NCBI RefSeq assembly: GCF_035084215.1
Contig: NC_090335.1
Span: 47,616,001 to 47,680,000 of the forward strand
Reading direction: 5' to 3'
DNA from: Heptranchias perlo
Lineage: Eukaryota
DNA: 64,000 nt
Shown: in pieces, positions 62,071 through 64,000 of the stretch
Layout of the letters: each line of letters starts with the position of its first letter
How positions within the stretch are numbered: position 1 is the stretch's first letter
The notes under the pieces: generated by a model
What the model saw: only the letters and a program-made list of their open reading frames with translations
Database searches by the model: none
Told to the model about the DNA's origin: nothing
Translations under genes and position numbers: made by a program

Positions 62071-64000
62071 ATTATTTTTGGTTCCATATTTATGAATATA
62101 CTTGGGAGCTAATGTTTGCAATATAAGAATTTGAAGTAGGACTTTTAGCCTGGTTTCGATTTACAAACATGAGTTTTCTTGTTACTGAATGTGACTTTGC
62201 TGCTCTGTCTGAGGAATCTGGACAGATTGAATTACTGTAATCAGAAGTGATGGCTGATGCTGAAAACGTCAACCCATATTTGGATGGATATATTTAAAGT
62301 AAATGTTAATTATAGGAATATGTATTCTGACGGATGTCCCATTATTAACGCCTTAACAACTCTGGCTTCAGGTACTTCTGGAGCTCTTGCCTTGTCTAGT
62401 GCAATCAATTGCACTAGACAAGGCAAGAGATTAAAAATATCATTAATTTATTTCCTTTAGCCGAAGCCATCGGCCATGCTATGCCACAGCAGCCATTGCA
62501 AACATTTCCCTCCCTCCAGCTCAGGCAGGAACCCAGCAGTGATGTAAATTTTGTTGGGAGGCTGCCAACCACATAGAAATGACCTTGACCCTAGGAGATC
62601 TGTTGGGATTAGCATTGACTGGAATGGCCAGGTGAAAAGCCCATCCCACCACTGATTCAGCAGCATTCCCGCTGGATCAGAAAACCCTTCTCACAGTATC
62701 ACAACTACATATGGCGATATGTGACCTTATCCCTGATTTTGCAATATATTGTAAGCAGCAAATTGGAAAATCAGATGCCCTGTGAATCAATAGTGTGAGA
62801 TCAACTGCAAAATTTTCTGATGGATGATTAGGGATGTGAGGTTTGAGAGCCTTTTTGCGCCGTGGAGTTGGGCATTCTTGCATATCTGTACACTAAAGAC
62901 ACTGTAAGACGAGAGTTAAAACTCTTTTTGATATTGTGACATTCAGGGAAAGGGTTAACTTTGTCCCTTAAACCTGCAGAACAAGCTTTTGGTTTGTAAA
63001 AACATTGGAACTTAGCCGGGACAGTGAAGGCAGACAGCTCGGCGATGATCCACATAGTGTGTGGAAAGGATCCCATTTTTTTCTGAGGTGTGTTAATACC
63101 AGAGACCAGCCAGAACAATGGAGGAGCAGAAATTGGTAGATAGCTTTTTCAATGTTACATTTGAACATTTAGGCAATCAATTTAAAAACTGCGAACAGGA
63201 ACTACCAGAAATCGTCTAACAGGTTTTTGATGTGCAAAATTCATTGATGGCCACAGACCACAACATCACACCAGGCCATGAAGAGACTATGAATGTAGTC
63301 AAGTCTCCAACACACACAATAATTAGGCAATAGAAGTTTGAAGCACCAACAGGACTATTGAAGACCAATTCTCTGCCATATGAGATCATGGCATCTAGTT
63401 TTAATTGACTTAACTGTCAATCATTGAAGTATGCTAATGATCAAAGCCTAACCTGTCAATCATGAGGTCTGCTCCAATCAAAAGCAAAATATTGCAGATG
63501 CTGAAATCTGAAATAAAAACAGAGAATGCTGGAAATACTCAGCAAGTCAGGCAGCATCTGTGAGAAAGAAACAGAGTTAACGTTTCATTTTGATGACCCT
63601 TCATCAGATCCTGAGGTCTAATGGTGGTTGAAGCCTAATAAGAGAGGCGATTGGACATGGGTGATGCCTCCCCCAATTCTACATCGCCTTGTTCTAAAAC
63701 AACATTAAAGGAGGCCTCAGGGCAAAAGCTTGGTGTCTCTTACTATGACTGCTGTCAAAGAGCTACAACATCAAAGAAGGAAAAAATCAAAGAAGAACAA
63801 CAGCCTTGAGTGAGGCAGAGTGATCACCCGGTAAACTCAATAACCACTCTTTACTGCGAAAAGGTTATATGAACTTGTACTTGTAATCATTTAAATAAAA
63901 TTGTGTTTAGTCTTAAAGCGATTTGTTCATGTATTTCTTTTCCAAAATTTACCGTCTAGAGTTCAACAACCCCTGGGCACTGGTAGGGACCGGTCTTTGG

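Overview
Vertebrate genomic DNA, most likely a cartilaginous fish (inferred from SacSINE1-like DeuSINEs and the CR1, L2, Penelope and Harbinger repeat content). The only host gene I can support is the 3' part of PTGFRN (EWI-F/CD9P-1) on the + strand: six GT-AG exons joined by phase-1 introns (7234-19566; Ig domains 3-6, TM, tail), followed by a 3' UTR of about 3.4 kb. The upstream intron holds an antisense, decayed retrovirus-like element with protease, RT, tether, a second retroviral-type RNase H and a tRNA-Arg(TCT) PBS. It is possibly lokiretrovirus-like, and its probable 5' LTR is hit by a CR1 and a Penelope element. Downstream are a stacked CR1/Harbinger/Tx1/full-length CR1 cluster, a near-complete two-gene Harbinger transposon, many GG..CC-ended MITE-like elements sharing an internal motif, L2 ends and SINEs. 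Two short Penelope-derived hairpin insertions carry minimal hammerhead ribozyme cores and 13-bp TSDs. A few isolated candidate exons and an NF-kB/IRF/ETS motif cluster in the distal half are unexplained. All family assignments come from recalled motifs, not database searches.
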